NCBI GenBank assembly: GCA_963728565.1
Contig: CAVSLC010000002.1
Span: 96,001-160,000 of the forward strand
Reading direction: 5' to 3'
DNA length: 64,000 nucleotides
DNA from: an uncultured delta proteobacterium
Lineage (GTDB): Bacteria > Desulfobacterota > Binatia > UBA9968
The translations under genes and the position numbers were made by a program. The number at the start of each line of letters is the position of its first letter. The stretch's first letter is position 1. Shown piece after piece: positions 30,650 through 42,008 of the stretch. The notes beneath the pieces are model-generated. The model made no database searches. It saw only the letters and a program-made list of their open reading frames with translations, and was not told the origin of the DNA.

Positions 30650-32791
30650 ACTTAATTCAAAATCGATCTCGCTGCGGAACGCATTGATGCGCTCGACCTT
30701 GACCCGCACGTTGTCGCCCAAACGAAACTTTCGTCCGTGACGCAAGCCTTTAATCAGGTATTCTTTCTCGTAATAGTAATAATCGTCGTCGGTAAGCGAT
30801 GCGATTTTCACTAGCCCTTCAACGAAATAGCTGTCGAGCTCGACGAAAAATCCGAAGTTCGTCAAGCTGGTGATGAAGCCGCTGAACTCATCGCCAATCT
30901 TATCCATCATGAATTGAGTTTTCTTCAGGGCGACCATTTCTCGTTCGGCGTCCATGGCATTACGCTCCCTGTTGGAAGTGTGCTTGCCGGCTTCTACTAG
31001 ATAGGACGAGAGATCTTCACGCGCGGCGCCTGTCAATTTCTCGCCTCGAAGCGCTTTGTCGAGTATCCGGTGCACGATCAAATCGGGATAGCGCCGGATC
31101 GGCGAAGTGAAATGAGTGTAGCATCTCGAGGCCAGTCCGAAGTGGCCGATGTTTTCGGGTTGGTACAGCGCCTGTTTCATTGCTCTCAAGAGAACACGGT
31201 TGAGCACTCTCTCCTCGGGCTTGCCCCGAGCAGCCTCGAGCAGGCTTTGTATTTCCAGGGGCGCGATTTTGTCTTTCTTCAGCGGCAGCCGGTATCCTAG
31301 GCTCAATAAGAAGGGCGCCACGGCTTCAAGTGATTCTTTCTCCGGTCCTTCGTGCACGCGATAAAGCGCTGGTAGTTCTTTTGCAGTCAAATGACGCGCC
31401 ACCGCCTCGTTAGCGGCGATCATGAATTCCTCGATGATGCGATGAGCGATGTTGCGCTCGGCGCGGATGATGTCTTCCGGCACTCCTTGAATGTCGAGAA
31501 TGATCTCCGCTTCCGGTAAATCGAAATCTAGATTGCCCCGAGCTTTGCGTTTTTCGAAAATCAGCAACGTGAGCTCTTCCATCAATTCGAATTGGGGCAC
31601 GAGGTCCGCATAGCGCTCGATTGTCGCGGGGTCACGATCTAGCAGGATTCGGCGCACATCGGTATAGGTCATACGCTCTCGGCTGCGGATCACCGAGTTG
31701 AAAAAGCGGCTGCCGATGACTTTGCCTTTGGCGCTGTATTCAATGCACACGGTTTTCGTCAGCCGGTCCTCATGAGGATTGAGACTGCAGATGCCGTTGG
31801 AGAGCGCCTCCGGAAGCATAGGGATGGCACGGTCGGGAAAATAGACGCTGGTGGCCCGGCTGTAAGCTTCCTGGTCCAGGGCGGTGGCGGGGCTGACATA
31901 ATACGCGACATCCGCAATGCAAACGTAGAGCTCATAGCCGCCATCGATCCTGCGCACGTAAACGGCATCATCGAAGTCGCGTGCGCGCTCACCATCGATG
32001 GTGACAATCGGCAAACCGCGCAGGTCTGTACGGGAGGCGATTTCATCGGCACTGACAACAAAGGAGGCGCTGCTTGTCTCTCGGTGGACCTCGGGCGGGA
32101 AGCTGGTGCTCAATCCATAACGGAACACTATCGATTGTACCTGCACCTCGGGATCGTCCGGATTGCCAATGACTTTTAGGAGCTCGGCTTGTGGCGGCGA
32201 CGTCGCGGTCCCGTAACGAGAAATTTCAGCAGCAATGATCTTGCCCTTTTCGGGCCGCTCAGGCCCTCGAGTTAACGGGATCACCGGAGCGATTCTCGGA
32301 TCCATCGGGACTAAGTAGCCATGACCTTCGATTTCATCGTAAGTACCAATCAGACGCTTGTGAGCCCTTTCGAGCACCTGGACTATGTGAGTTTCCAAGC
32401 CGCCGCGTTTGTTTCGATCGACCCGTACCCTTATGCGATCGCCATGCATGACACGACGCATCTCGCGCCGATTTAAGTAGAGATCCACCGCGCCCTTTTC
32501 GTCGAGAATGAGGAACCCGTAGCCGTCCGGATGGGCGTGGATTCTGCCCGTCATCAGGTTATCGCTATCGGGTAATCCGTAATGGTTCTTCTTTAGTCGG
32601 ACCAATCTTCCGTCGCGCACCAACCGGCGCAAGGAATCGATGATGGTTTGTAGGTCGTCCTGTTTGAAGCCAGCCCTTCGAGAAATTTCCACCGGGGTTA
32701 AGCGCAGGCGCGGCTTTCCCTTGAAGAGATTGGAAATCTTTTCTAGTACCTGCGGCGATTCTGTCGCTGCGGTTGCAGATCTGCGCGCCAT
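30617..32791 (-). CDS. rnr: Ribonuclease R
   Basis: HPDGYGF, TIDGERARDFDDAV, IEEFMIAAN, YTHFTSPIRRYPDL and an S1 domain. Confidence 0.95.
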   Translation of the reverse strand: MARRSATAATESPQVLEKISNLFKGKPRLRLTPVEISRRAGFKQDDLQTIIDSLRRLVRDGRLVRLKKNHYGLPDSDNLMTGRIHAHPDGYGFLILDEKGAVDLYLNRREMRRVMHGDRIRVRVDRNKRGGLETHIVQVLERAHKRLIGTYDEIEGHGYLVPMDPRIAPVIPLTRGPERPEKGKIIAAEISRYGTATSPPQAELLKVIGNPDDPEVQVQSIVFRYGLSTSFPPEVHRETSSASFVVSADEIASRTDLRGLPIVTIDGERARDFDDAVYVRRIDGGYELYVCIADVAYYVSPATALDQEAYSRATSVYFPDRAIPMLPEALSNGICSLNPHEDRLTKTVCIEYSAKGKVIGSRFFNSVIRSRERMTYTDVRRILLDRDPATIERYADLVPQFELMEELTLLIFEKRKARGNLDFDLPEAEIILDIQGVPEDIIRAERNIAHRIIEEFMIAANEAVARHLTAKELPALYRVHEGPEKESLEAVAPFLLSLGYRLPLKKDKIAPLEIQSLLEAARGKPEERVLNRVLLRAMKQALYQPENIGHFGLASRCYTHFTSPIRRYPDLIVHRILDKALRGEKLTGAAREDLSSYLVEAGKHTSNRERNAMDAEREMVALKKTQFMMDKIGDEFSGFITSLTNFGFFVELDSYFVEGLVKIASLTDDDYYYYEKEYLIKGLRHGRKFRLGDNVRVKVERINAFRSEIDFELSSLVAQRVDGI

Positions 32792-32859
32792 ATAATTTCA
32801 AGATCTAATGGAACCTGACGGTTTGCAATCAGCTCTGACTGAAATGATGATCACGTCCG

Positions 32860-33126
32860 TCACGGATCAATCGCGAGCTCCGTCATCAGCCAGTCATCGC
32901 TTAGGTCCGGCGGAGGCGGGATCTCGGTCAAGGTGACTTCCTGCTGCAGTGATTTTACTATCGCGCGGGCAACCTCGATAAAGTCTGAAACGGCTAAAAG
33001 CACGATGATGGCCTTCTTGCGATCAATCGTTCGAATGATGCCGACTTCTTCATAGGACTCTAGAATGAATTTGATATACGCGATATCTGGAGGGCAAATT
33101 TCCAAGTAGATGGGAACCAAGCTCAT
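32860..33126 (-). CDS. DUF4911-like small protein
   Basis: IAYIKFILESYE.VG..RT.D pattern. Confidence 0.7.
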   Translation of the reverse strand: MSLVPIYLEICPPDIAYIKFILESYEEVGIIRTIDRKKAIIVLLAVSDFIEVARAIVKSLQQEVTLTEIPPPPDLSDDWLMTELAIDP

Positions 33127-33129
33127 GCC

Positions 33130-35793
33130 TTAGCGACTCAAAAATTGCTCGAGTTCTGCCGGGAGGGATTCTTTCTGTTCTTGGGGCTCGGGTCGTTTGT
33201 CGATTGGCGGTGGTTCGATCGTTTTCGGTAGAGAGCCGCGCCGGACGATCTGCGCGATGATGCGGCTGTCGGGTCGCACTCGCAGGTTCGCCAGAGTGCC
33301 TTCGGCACGGAATGGCAGATTGATTTGACCGCTGCGATCTATGAGATAGCGCAGACTCTTGGTCTCGCGCAAGAGCTCCTGACTGATTCGCAGCGACAAG
33401 ACCAACATTCCGTTCCATCGGGTTACCTGGTCAAGCATCATCCATCCCGCTGCCTTGATCCGATAATTTGCGGTTGTAAGCTGTAAATCTTCGGTGCGAA
33501 TCACTTCTTGGTCGAATAGGACCCGCGCCTCGATGTTTTCGAAGGGGGTGTCTTTGGATTTCGCCAACTCGGCTAAACTCGGCGAGAGCTGGAGCGAGAT
33601 CAGCGACCCAGAACTGCCGATTCGAGAGATCATGAGCGCAATCAGATTGAAGTTTTTGAGTGTTCCGCCCTGAATCCGGGTTTCTCCAGAGCCTTGCAAA
33701 GAGCCGGGTTTCATTCCGCCGTTGTGCGCCTCAGCACTGAATTCTCCTTGGAAATTCAGCTGACCCTCTATGCGATCTTTGGCCGCCGGCAATTTGCTCG
33801 TGAGTAAAGCCGTTAGATCCACCGAGTTCAATTGAGAGGAGAGTTCCAGGCGTTGAGATTTGCCGGTCTCGGTGATTGACACCTCGCGGCTGCGCCAGCT
33901 CCCGTTTAAAGCGCGAAACGAAAGATCTCTGAGGCTGATCTCTGCTCCCGACCAAGCTATCGCGCTACGCAGGTCGAGATACGGGACATCGTGCAGCGTA
34001 CCCTCCGAAGACGACACCGTCCCTCGCATCCGTGGCGTCCCGTCTTCCAACGTGAGCTTGCCACTCAATCTGACGTTTTGCAGGCGATCCGATCTCGCCA
34101 CTGGAAAATCGGCAAGATCGGCCAGATGTAAATTCGCTGAGCGAAGCTCGCAGGTTAGCGTGGGACTCGCCAGGTCGGCCACTGCTCCTGTCATTGCGAT
34201 GTCAGAAGACCTGACCCGAAACGCAGCTTTTTCAATGCGGGCCTGCTTGCCAAGTAAGAGAAGGCTGGCGCTTAGGCGCTCCAGCTTACGCCTGCTGTTC
34301 TCATTTCTTAACTCCGCTTCGCTGATCTCAAGCTTGCCGTTCATACTCCAGGACGAGTCGCCGATCATCACTTTCGAAGCGAGAACTTCGCCATGCAAGT
34401 TCCCGGTTACTCGAAACGCCTGCAGCGCTGGAAAGAGCTCAAGCACCTGAGACAAATCGGACTGATCGGCGCGGGCTCTGAGCTGCAGGCGGGCCCTCGA
34501 GCCATATTCATATACGCCTGAGAGGTTTGTTCTGGTGCTGCCCAATGTCAGAACCGATTCGTGAATAACAAATCGGTTATCCTGCCGTGAAATCTTCGAT
34601 GACCATTCAGCGGCGGTTCCTCTTGGCTTGCGCAGCCAAGTGCCGTAGCGAATCTCACTGTTCCGGGCCCGCACTATTGTCCCCAAGCGCAACCTATTCC
34701 ATGTTCCTTCGATGACACTCTCGAGGCTGACCTCACCATCGCCGCTAAGAGCAATGGGCAAGAGGTCCTGAAGCATGCTCGTGCCTTGAAGACGCGTGAT
34801 ATCGATGGAACTCAGACGAAGATTGCCCTTGAGTTGAGCTTCTGACCAGAGTCCGTTTGCGGAAAGATCCGCCGAGCCGTTCAGGACCGCGTTATAGTCT
34901 AAAGAGCCCAAGATCGGCGCTTTGACGATAAAGTCTAGAACCTGGGGTCGAGCCAGAACGCCGGCTAGCTTGGCGCGCAACGATAGCGGCCCGGCGATAT
35001 CGAGCTCCGGCGGAATTTTGTCTCGGAAGAAAGGAACGGCCCGAGTGAGTAGCGGCACGAATAACGAGTCGAACTCCACATTGACTTCGACGGGCTGTTC
35101 TTTCCATCCTTTGCCCCGAGCGAATGGTCCTAGATATCCGGCTACTCGCACGTCCTGACCCAAACTTTCGCTCAACGACGCGGCCAAGGTCATTTTCGCT
35201 CGGCCATTGGGGTTGATTCCTTGGAGATTTATGTCGACGCGCTTGATCTGCATTTCCGCCGGCGCACGCACCGAACGATCGATAAAGTCTATGCGACCAT
35301 TCTTAATTTGAAAGTTTGTGACAACGAAATTGACTGAGCTGAGCTCTCTTTTTGAAGCGGACGAGCGTTCTTTGGGCAAGTCAACGAGCTGTTTCCTCCG
35401 GTCTTCCAGGGACGAGATATTCATCACGCCTTCTTCGTTGGTGATGATCTGAAATTCCGGTTCGATGAAGGTTAATTTATTGATCACGATTCTGCCGAGC
35501 ATCAGGGAGAGCAGGCTGATACCCATCCTGAGTTCCTTTGCTCGTAGCAATGGAGTTGCGGCAAAGACCGGGCTGTCGGCGATTCGGAATTCTTTTGCGG
35601 AAAAACCGAGCCCAGTCAGCAACGTCACTTCGAATTCGTCGAAAGCGACGTCTTTGCCGGCGAAACTTTGGAGTTCCTCATAGACGAGATCGCGCCTGGT
35701 AGCGACGAGAAGATTGACAGAGTACACCAGCGCGACAGCGGCGAAGATGACCGCGCCCAGCGCAAGTGAAATGGATTTTTTCGACAACCTCAT
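33130..35793 (-). CDS. AsmA-family protein
   Basis: N-terminal TM anchor, repeated beta-rich units, AsmA-like C-terminus (G.G...I..G.L.N.NL, TPF..I, LPF...GT). Confidence 0.8.
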   Translation of the reverse strand: MRLSKKSISLALGAVIFAAVALVYSVNLLVATRRDLVYEELQSFAGKDVAFDEFEVTLLTGLGFSAKEFRIADSPVFAATPLLRAKELRMGISLLSLMLGRIVINKLTFIEPEFQIITNEEGVMNISSLEDRRKQLVDLPKERSSASKRELSSVNFVVTNFQIKNGRIDFIDRSVRAPAEMQIKRVDINLQGINPNGRAKMTLAASLSESLGQDVRVAGYLGPFARGKGWKEQPVEVNVEFDSLFVPLLTRAVPFFRDKIPPELDIAGPLSLRAKLAGVLARPQVLDFIVKAPILGSLDYNAVLNGSADLSANGLWSEAQLKGNLRLSSIDITRLQGTSMLQDLLPIALSGDGEVSLESVIEGTWNRLRLGTIVRARNSEIRYGTWLRKPRGTAAEWSSKISRQDNRFVIHESVLTLGSTRTNLSGVYEYGSRARLQLRARADQSDLSQVLELFPALQAFRVTGNLHGEVLASKVMIGDSSWSMNGKLEISEAELRNENSRRKLERLSASLLLLGKQARIEKAAFRVRSSDIAMTGAVADLASPTLTCELRSANLHLADLADFPVARSDRLQNVRLSGKLTLEDGTPRMRGTVSSSEGTLHDVPYLDLRSAIAWSGAEISLRDLSFRALNGSWRSREVSITETGKSQRLELSSQLNSVDLTALLTSKLPAAKDRIEGQLNFQGEFSAEAHNGGMKPGSLQGSGETRIQGGTLKNFNLIALMISRIGSSGSLISLQLSPSLAELAKSKDTPFENIEARVLFDQEVIRTEDLQLTTANYRIKAAGWMMLDQVTRWNGMLVLSLRISQELLRETKSLRYLIDRSGQINLPFRAEGTLANLRVRPDSRIIAQIVRRGSLPKTIEPPPIDKRPEPQEQKESLPAELEQFLSR

Positions 35794-35895
35794 GCGCTGC
35801 GAGGGATGAGCGAACTAGCAATAACGGCAGTGGTGTTCAGCGAGCTTTCTCGGCCGGCCGCGCTCGATTAACTTGCCCGGAAGTTTGATAGGCAA

Positions 35896-37098
35896 TCAGT
35901 TGATCCGCTCCACAATCGTCGCGATGCCTTGACCGACGCCGATGCACATTGTGGCCAGCCCATAGCGGCTGCCACGTCTCTTCATCTCGTGAACCAGCGT
36001 GGTCATGATGCGCGCGCCGCTACATCCGAGAGGATGTCCGAGAGCGATGGCGCCGCCGTTGACGTTTAACTTTTCTAGATCGATGCCGAGCTCGCGCGCG
36101 CAGGCGAGCACCTGTGAAGCAAAGGCTTCGTTAATTTCGACTAAATCGATTTGATCTATAGTGAGTCCGGCGCGTTTCATGGCTTTCTGAGCCGCCGGAA
36201 TCGGCCCGATGCCCATGTAGTTAGGATGAACGCCCGCGGCCGCCGAGGCGATGATACGGGCCATCGGCTTGAGCCGCAGTTGCTCGGCCTTTTCACGGGT
36301 GGCAATCAGCAAAGCCGCTGCGCCATCGGAGAGCGGCGAGGAGTTGCCGGCCGTCACCGAGCCGCCCTTTTTGAAGGCGGGCTGCAAAGCCGCGAGCCTT
36401 TCCAATGAAGTGTCGGCGCGCGGTCCTTCGTCTTTCTCATGCACCAGCGGCGCGCCTTTTCTCTGTGGAATCTCGACTGCGATGATCTCGTCTCGAAGCA
36501 GCCCCTGATCTTGCGCTTTTAAAGCCTTCTTGTGACTGGATAACGCAAATGCGTCTTGGTCCTCGCGGCTGATTTGGTATTTCTCGGCAACATTCTCGGC
36601 GGTCTCGCCGTTATTGATCAGAGAATAAAGCTCGCCCATCCGCTTATTCGGAAAGCGCCAGCCCAGCGAGCTATCATACAGAGTCACATCGCCGCGTTGA
36701 AAAGAACTGGTGGGCTTTCCCATGACCCAGGGGCCGCGCGTCATGCTTTCGACACCGCCGGCGACGAACAAGTCTCCGTGATCGGTCTCGGCGGCACGGC
36801 CGGCTTGATTGATCGCTTCCAGGCCCGAGCCGCACAGACGGTTGACCGTTGCGCCGGGGATGGTATAGGGGAGCCCGGCTAAGAGTGAAGCATTGCGGGC
36901 GACATTGCGCGAATCCTCCCCCGCTTGATTGGTGCAGCCGAAGTAAACGTCCTCGATTTCTTCCTTGTTGACGCCGGTTCTTTCGACGAGCTTGGCGATG
37001 ATGTATGCGCCGAGATCATCGGTACGGATATCTTTAAGGATGCCGCTGTGTCGCCCCATGGGCGTGCGCACGGCCTCGACGATCACGGCTTCTCTCAT
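35896..37098 (-). CDS. paaJ: Thiolase, 3-oxoadipyl-CoA type (PaaJ/PcaF-like)
   Basis: [43 protein letters not shown]. Confidence 0.85.
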   Translation of the reverse strand: MREAVIVEAVRTPMGRHSGILKDIRTDDLGAYIIAKLVERTGVNKEEIEDVYFGCTNQAGEDSRNVARNASLLAGLPYTIPGATVNRLCGSGLEAINQAGRAAETDHGDLFVAGGVESMTRGPWVMGKPTSSFQRGDVTLYDSSLGWRFPNKRMGELYSLINNGETAENVAEKYQISREDQDAFALSSHKKALKAQDQGLLRDEIIAVEIPQRKGAPLVHEKDEGPRADTSLERLAALQPAFKKGGSVTAGNSSPLSDGAAALLIATREKAEQLRLKPMARIIASAAAGVHPNYMGIGPIPAAQKAMKRAGLTIDQIDLVEINEAFASQVLACARELGIDLEKLNVNGGAIALGHPLGCSGARIMTTLVHEMKRRGSRYGLATMCIGVGQGIATIVERIN

Positions 37099-37177
37099 GA
37101 TTTCACCCGATTTTCATTACAGGATTCCGCTGTGACGACCCCAAGTGCGTGCGCACGGCATCCAATTACGAATCCTT

Positions 37178-37927
37178 TCATGACTTCACCTGCTCTTCAT
37201 AAGAATAGAACCCTCTACCGGTGGTTTCGCCGAGGAAGCCGGCCACAACAAGCTTTTTAAGGAGCGGCGTGGGGCGATACCGGTCGTCGCCGGTTTCGCG
37301 CTCGAGACCTTCGAGCACGGCAAGCACTTCGTCTAAGCCGATCTGATCCGCCCACCGCAACGGCCCCATCGGATAATTTACACCCAGACGCATCGCAATG
37401 TCGATTTCATCAGCTTTAGCCACGCCTTCTTCGAGGCTGCGCGCAGCTTCATTGATAATTAAACTCAGAATCCGGGGGAAAGTCAGCCCAGCGGCATCTT
37501 TCACCTTCACGGATTCCTTGCCTAGCGACTTGAAATGATCTTGCGCTTGCTGCAGCGAGCTGTCGGAGGTTCGAAGTCCAGCCGCTATCTCTATGATCTT
37601 CCTGTCTGCAAGCGGGTAAAAAGTCGCAAAGCCGACTACCCGCTCGGGCCGCTTTGTCCAGGAGGCCATCAAAGTGGTTGAGCCAACCAGACACGACGTG
37701 ATGATCACCGCCGACGGCGCTAACTCGCTGTCGAGCTTTTCTAGGGTACGTCTTTTCATTGCCTCATCGCCGGCTGAAGTATCGATCACCAAGGATGACT
37801 TGGCTTGAACGTGTGCGGCATCGCTCACTAACTCCGCGTCCAGACCCTTAACCTTGCTGAGCGCAATCCAGTCCTGCGCCAGCCGGTTGTTGCCGAGGAT
37901 CGCCAGGCTACTTTTTGTCGTAGACAT
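37178..37927 (-). CDS. 3-hydroxyacyl-CoA dehydrogenase family, equivalent to the C-terminal half of PaaH
   Basis: [32 protein letters not shown]. Confidence 0.85.
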   Translation of the reverse strand: MSTTKSSLAILGNNRLAQDWIALSKVKGLDAELVSDAAHVQAKSSLVIDTSAGDEAMKRRTLEKLDSELAPSAVIITSCLVGSTTLMASWTKRPERVVGFATFYPLADRKIIEIAAGLRTSDSSLQQAQDHFKSLGKESVKVKDAAGLTFPRILSLIINEAARSLEEGVAKADEIDIAMRLGVNYPMGPLRWADQIGLDEVLAVLEGLERETGDDRYRPTPLLKKLVVAGFLGETTGRGFYSYEEQVKS

Positions 37928-38774
37928 AGAACCCTCGGCCGGTCTTGCGGCCCAAGTTGCCGCCCATCACCATACGCTGCTGGATCGGGCTCGGCCGAAA
38001 TCTCGGATCGTGGAAAAATGATTGATAGAGCGAGTCAGTGGCGGCAAAATTGATGTCATTGCCGATCAGATCCATTAGCTCGAAAGGCCCCATGCGGAAA
38101 TTGCCCGCCTCCTTCATCACGCGATCGATAGTCTCCACCGAGGCATCGCCATCGCCAAGGACACGCAATGCTTCGTTGTAAAATGGGCGGGCAATGCGAT
38201 TGACGATGAAGCCCGGCGTGTCTTTCGCGCGCGCCGGCGTCTTGCCCATGCGGCGCATTAAATCCGTGGCCTTGTCGATGACAGCAGGGCTGGTCCGATC
38301 CCCTTGCACGACTTCGACCAATACCATGAGCGGTGGCGGATTAAAAAAGTGCAGACCCAACACTCGCTCCTGATGCTGCGTGTTTGCCGCAATAGCGGTG
38401 ACCGCAAACGATGATGTGTTGCTTGCCAGGAGCGTTTCCGGGCCGCAAATCGAATCGAGCTGTTTAAAGATATCGCGCTTGAGTTCCAGTTTTTCCGGCG
38501 CCGCCTCAATCACCAGGGCGGCTCCTTGACAGTCCTCAAGCTGAGTAGTGCTGCGCAAGCGAGCGAGAATCTGCTGCTCCTGCTCGGCGGAAAGTTTTCC
38601 GCGCTCGCGGCTGCCCTTCAAAAAGCCGCGAATACGACCCAGACCGGTCTCGATGAACTCCTGTTTGATGTCATACAGCAGAGTGTCGAATCCTGCTTGC
38701 GCCGCGACCTGTGCGATCCCGGCCCCCATAGTCCCGGCGCCGAGCACGGCAATCTTTTCTTTTGGGTTGGTCAT
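37908..38774 (-). CDS. paaH: 3-hydroxyacyl-CoA dehydrogenase (PaaH-like)
   Basis: [45 protein letters not shown]. Confidence 0.85.
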   Translation of the reverse strand: MTNPKEKIAVLGAGTMGAGIAQVAAQAGFDTLLYDIKQEFIETGLGRIRGFLKGSRERGKLSAEQEQQILARLRSTTQLEDCQGAALVIEAAPEKLELKRDIFKQLDSICGPETLLASNTSSFAVTAIAANTQHQERVLGLHFFNPPPLMVLVEVVQGDRTSPAVIDKATDLMRRMGKTPARAKDTPGFIVNRIARPFYNEALRVLGDGDASVETIDRVMKEAGNFRMGPFELMDLIGNDINFAATDSLYQSFFHDPRFRPSPIQQRMVMGGNLGRKTGRGFYVYDKK

Positions 38775-38829
38775 GCGCTTTGACAAATTCGGTGCGGCTT
38801 GAAACCGCTCACACGGGCCGCATAGAAGA

Positions 38830-39609
38830 TTATTTTCCCGTAAACGTGGGCGCGCGTTTCTCTAAGAACGCGCGTACGCCTTCATCGTAGTCCGAGCTTC
38901 GCCCGGCGATTTCCTGCAAGCAGGCTTCGTACTCGAGATCGACTTCGAGAGTTGCCAAATTGGCATGATTCACCGCTCTTTTGATCAGGCCGATGCCGCG
39001 CGGCGCGGCGGCGACTCTCGCAGCTAATTTCCTGGCTGAATCGGCAAACTCGGCGGTCGGAAATACTTTGGCTACCAACCCGATCCGTTGGGCCTCGTGA
39101 GCATCGACTGTCTCGCCCAGAAGCAGTAGCTCCATGGCTTTGCTAAGGCCGACCAACCGCGGCAGGATGAAGCTGCCGCCGGAATCCGGGGCCAGGCCGA
39201 CGCGCACGAAGGATTGGATAAATTTCGCCTCTTCCGAAGCGACGCGCAGGTCGCAGGCCAAAGCAAAGTTGCAACCGGCTCCGGCCGCGACCCCGTTGAC
39301 CGCGGCGATGACGATCTTTTCCATGTGCCGAATTTGCCGGATCATCGGATTGTATTTTTCCCGCAACGAAGCGCCCAGCGATCCTTTCTGATCCGGGGTT
39401 CGCCCCTTCAGATCTTGTCCGGCGCAGAAAGCACGGCCAGCTCCAGTGATCAAGAAACAACGCACGTCTTGGTCGCGTTCGCCGCTTTTGAGCGCGTCCA
39501 TGACTTCCTGATTCATTTGCGGCACGAACGCATTGAGCGCCTGGGGACGATTGAGCGTAATCGTCGCAATGCCGCTTTCCTTTTCGTAAATGATCGTTTC
39601 GTAAGCCAA
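38830..39609 (-). CDS. paaG: Enoyl-CoA hydratase/isomerase, PaaG-like
   Basis: [35 protein letters not shown]. Confidence 0.8.
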   Translation of the reverse strand: MAYETIIYEKESGIATITLNRPQALNAFVPQMNQEVMDALKSGERDQDVRCFLITGAGRAFCAGQDLKGRTPDQKGSLGASLREKYNPMIRQIRHMEKIVIAAVNGVAAGAGCNFALACDLRVASEEAKFIQSFVRVGLAPDSGGSFILPRLVGLSKAMELLLLGETVDAHEAQRIGLVAKVFPTAEFADSARKLAARVAAAPRGIGLIKRAVNHANLATLEVDLEYEACLQEIAGRSSDYDEGVRAFLEKRAPTFTGK

Positions 39610-39624
39610 CAGAGGTGAGTCGCC

Positions 39625-40399
39625 TTATCTGCCTTTGTATTGGGGTTTGCGCTTTTCCAGAAACGCCTTCATGCCTTCTTTGCGGTCTTCGGATGCGAGC
39701 AGCATATAAAAGGATTTTCGTTCGAAGTCGAGGCCTTCGTCGAGCGCGGTGTTGGCCGCTTTGAGCACGGCCTCTTTCGCTGCTTTGATCGCCAATACCG
39801 GCTTAGCGGCGATCTTCTTGGCGATATTCTTTGCCTCTTCAAGCATCAGTTCGACCGGAATCACCCGGTTGACCAAGCCGATACGTTCAGCTTCGGCGGC
39901 GCCGATGATGTCTCCGGTGAGCACCAGTTCCATGGTCGCGGTGTTTGCCGATTAAATGAGTCAGCCGCTGAGTGCCCCCGCTGCCGGGGATGATCGCTAA
40001 ATTTACTTCCGGTTGACCGAAGCGCGCTGTTTCGGAAGCGACGATGATGTCGCAGCTCATGGCCAACTCACAACCGCCGCCCAGGGCGAAGCCGCTGACA
40101 GCGGCAATGACGGGTTTTGATATCTTATTGATCTTATCCCGATATGCGAGACGTCCTTGCACCCGCTCGTCGAAGGGGCCGAGCTCGGCCATCTCTTTGA
40201 TGTCCGCGCCGGCCGCGAATACTTTTTCTCCACCGGTGAGAATGATAACTCCAATGGCTTCATCCTCATCGAGGGCCTGCATTGCCAAGGATAAGTCTTT
40301 GACCAGATCATAGGAGAGCGAATTGAGCTGTTGAGGCCGATTCAAAGTTACGATGGCAATGACCCCATCGATTTCAACGGTGACGTTCTCGAAGTCCAT
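39625..40399 (-). CDS. paaF: Enoyl-CoA hydratase, PaaF-like; frameshift near 39936
   Basis: FAAGADIKEM, ALGGGCELA, FGQPE...PGSGGTQRL; continues as MELVLTG...EGM.AFLEKR in the other frame. Confidence 0.8.
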
Positions 40400-40677
40400 G
40401 AGTAGCTTGAACTTTAAGACATACACCATGGCCTAAGTCGATTCAAGAAACGATCGCGCCCGCTCCCCTTGGAACAGCTGCGAAAACAGCCAACTGTTGA
40501 TGCACGCCAAGCCTATCAGGGCCTATAGGTTATCGCGCCTCCTGAGAAGTTGTCGCCGCCCTTAATCAATGATGACGAATTGCGGCGCCCGCGCGGTTTC
40601 CACCAGGCTGGTTCCGGGGGCTATCGCTAACCAGCTCAATTGACAGGTCTTCGGCGATTTGCAAGTATCGTTTCCTT

Positions 40678-41358
40678 ATGTCCAGCCGCTTGGAGCCTGC
40701 TACCCGGCACTACGATGAAAAGCTGCAACACATTCTCAAAACCTCAGCCAAAATCTTTGCCGAAAAAGGCTTTCATCGCACCTCGGTGCGCGACATCTCG
40801 CGCGCCACAAAGATGAGTTTGGCGGGTCTCTACTATTACTTTACGACCAAGGAGGAGCTCCTTTACCTGATCCAGGAGCGCTGTTTTCTGACTCTGCTAC
40901 AGCGCTGGGAACAAGCTTCCGGCGGCGAGATGGATGTGCGCGCTCGCATTGGACTCTTCGCCGCAAATCACCTGAGCTTTTTTTGGCATAACACGCACGA
41001 GATGAAAGTGATGGCGCACGAAGACGAGTCGTTGAACGGCGAGTTCGCCGATAAGATTCTGGTGCTCAAGCGCCGTTACGTAAAGGTTCTCATGGACCTG
41101 GTTGAGGAATGGCAGCAGCAAGAAGGCGGCAAGGGAGTGGACTTGCGGGTCGCGACCTTTTCTCTTTTTGGCATGATGAACTGGACCTATACCTGGTATC
41201 AAGCCAAACGCGATTTGCCGTTGCCTCAATTGATCGAGCAGATGCTGGGGATTTTCTTCTTCGGAGTGTTGAAAGCAGGACAGATCGATGAACGTTGGTT
41301 TATTTCGACGCCGAGCCGGGAGAAAGATACCTTTTCGCTTTGGCAGAACATTCCTTAG
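40678..41358 (+). CDS. TetR-family regulator (PaaR/KstR2-like), divergent from the paa genes
   Basis: N-terminal HTH FAEKGF..TSVRDI...LYYYF.TKEELL; LFGMMNW.YTWY. Confidence 0.88.
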   Translation: MSSRLEPATRHYDEKLQHILKTSAKIFAEKGFHRTSVRDISRATKMSLAGLYYYFTTKEELLYLIQERCFLTLLQRWEQASGGEMDVRARIGLFAANHLSFFWHNTHEMKVMAHEDESLNGEFADKILVLKRRYVKVLMDLVEEWQQQEGGKGVDLRVATFSLFGMMNWTYTWYQAKRDLPLPQLIEQMLGIFFFGVLKAGQIDERWFISTPSREKDTFSLWQNIP

Positions 41359-41382
41359 ACAGGGTAGCCGCGAGGAGCAAAA

Positions 41383-41916
41383 ATGAGTCTAGTGAGACTC
41401 GGCGATAAAGCGCCGGATTTTGCGGTAAAAGGAGTGCACCACAATAGAGTCTCGGAGTACTCCCTATCTCGCTATAAGGGCAAATGGCTCGTGTTGTTTT
41501 TTTACCCGGCCGATTTTACCTTTATCTGTCCAACCGAGGTCGTTGGCTTCAGCAGGCTGGCCGAGGAATTTGCCGCGCAAGAGGCCGAAATTCTTGGCGT
41601 CAGCGTTGATTCTCTGGACAGCCATCGTTCCTGGGCGGATGAATTGGGCGGCATCGATTATCCCCTGCTTAGCGACGAAGACAAGACTTTGAGCCGAGCC
41701 TACGGCGTTCTCGATGAGAGGGAAGGAGTTCCATTGAGAGCTACGTTCATCATCAATCCCAATGGCGAGGTCAGTTACCTGGTTATTAGCCACGTAAATG
41801 TCGGCCGCAGCGTCGAGGAAACTCTGCGCGTTCTCAAAGCGCTGCGCACCGAGCGTCTTTGCCCGTCGGAATGGAAGCCCGGCGAGCCCACCGGCGGTCT
41901 CGACCACAAATATTGA
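41383..41916 (+). CDS. ahpC: 2-Cys peroxiredoxin (AhpC/Prx1)
   Basis: FFYPADFTFICPTE, GRS..E.LR, LCPSEWKPG. Confidence 0.9.
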   Translation: MSLVRLGDKAPDFAVKGVHHNRVSEYSLSRYKGKWLVLFFYPADFTFICPTEVVGFSRLAEEFAAQEAEILGVSVDSLDSHRSWADELGGIDYPLLSDEDKTLSRAYGVLDEREGVPLRATFIINPNGEVSYLVISHVNVGRSVEETLRVLKALRTERLCPSEWKPGEPTGGLDHKY

Positions 41917-42008
41917 GCTGGCTCCAAGTTTCCAGATCGGCGCTCGCGCTGCTCGCTCTGTTCTGGTTTGACAATGAAGATTCTGATTTGAAACGGTGCT
42001 GATTCCCC

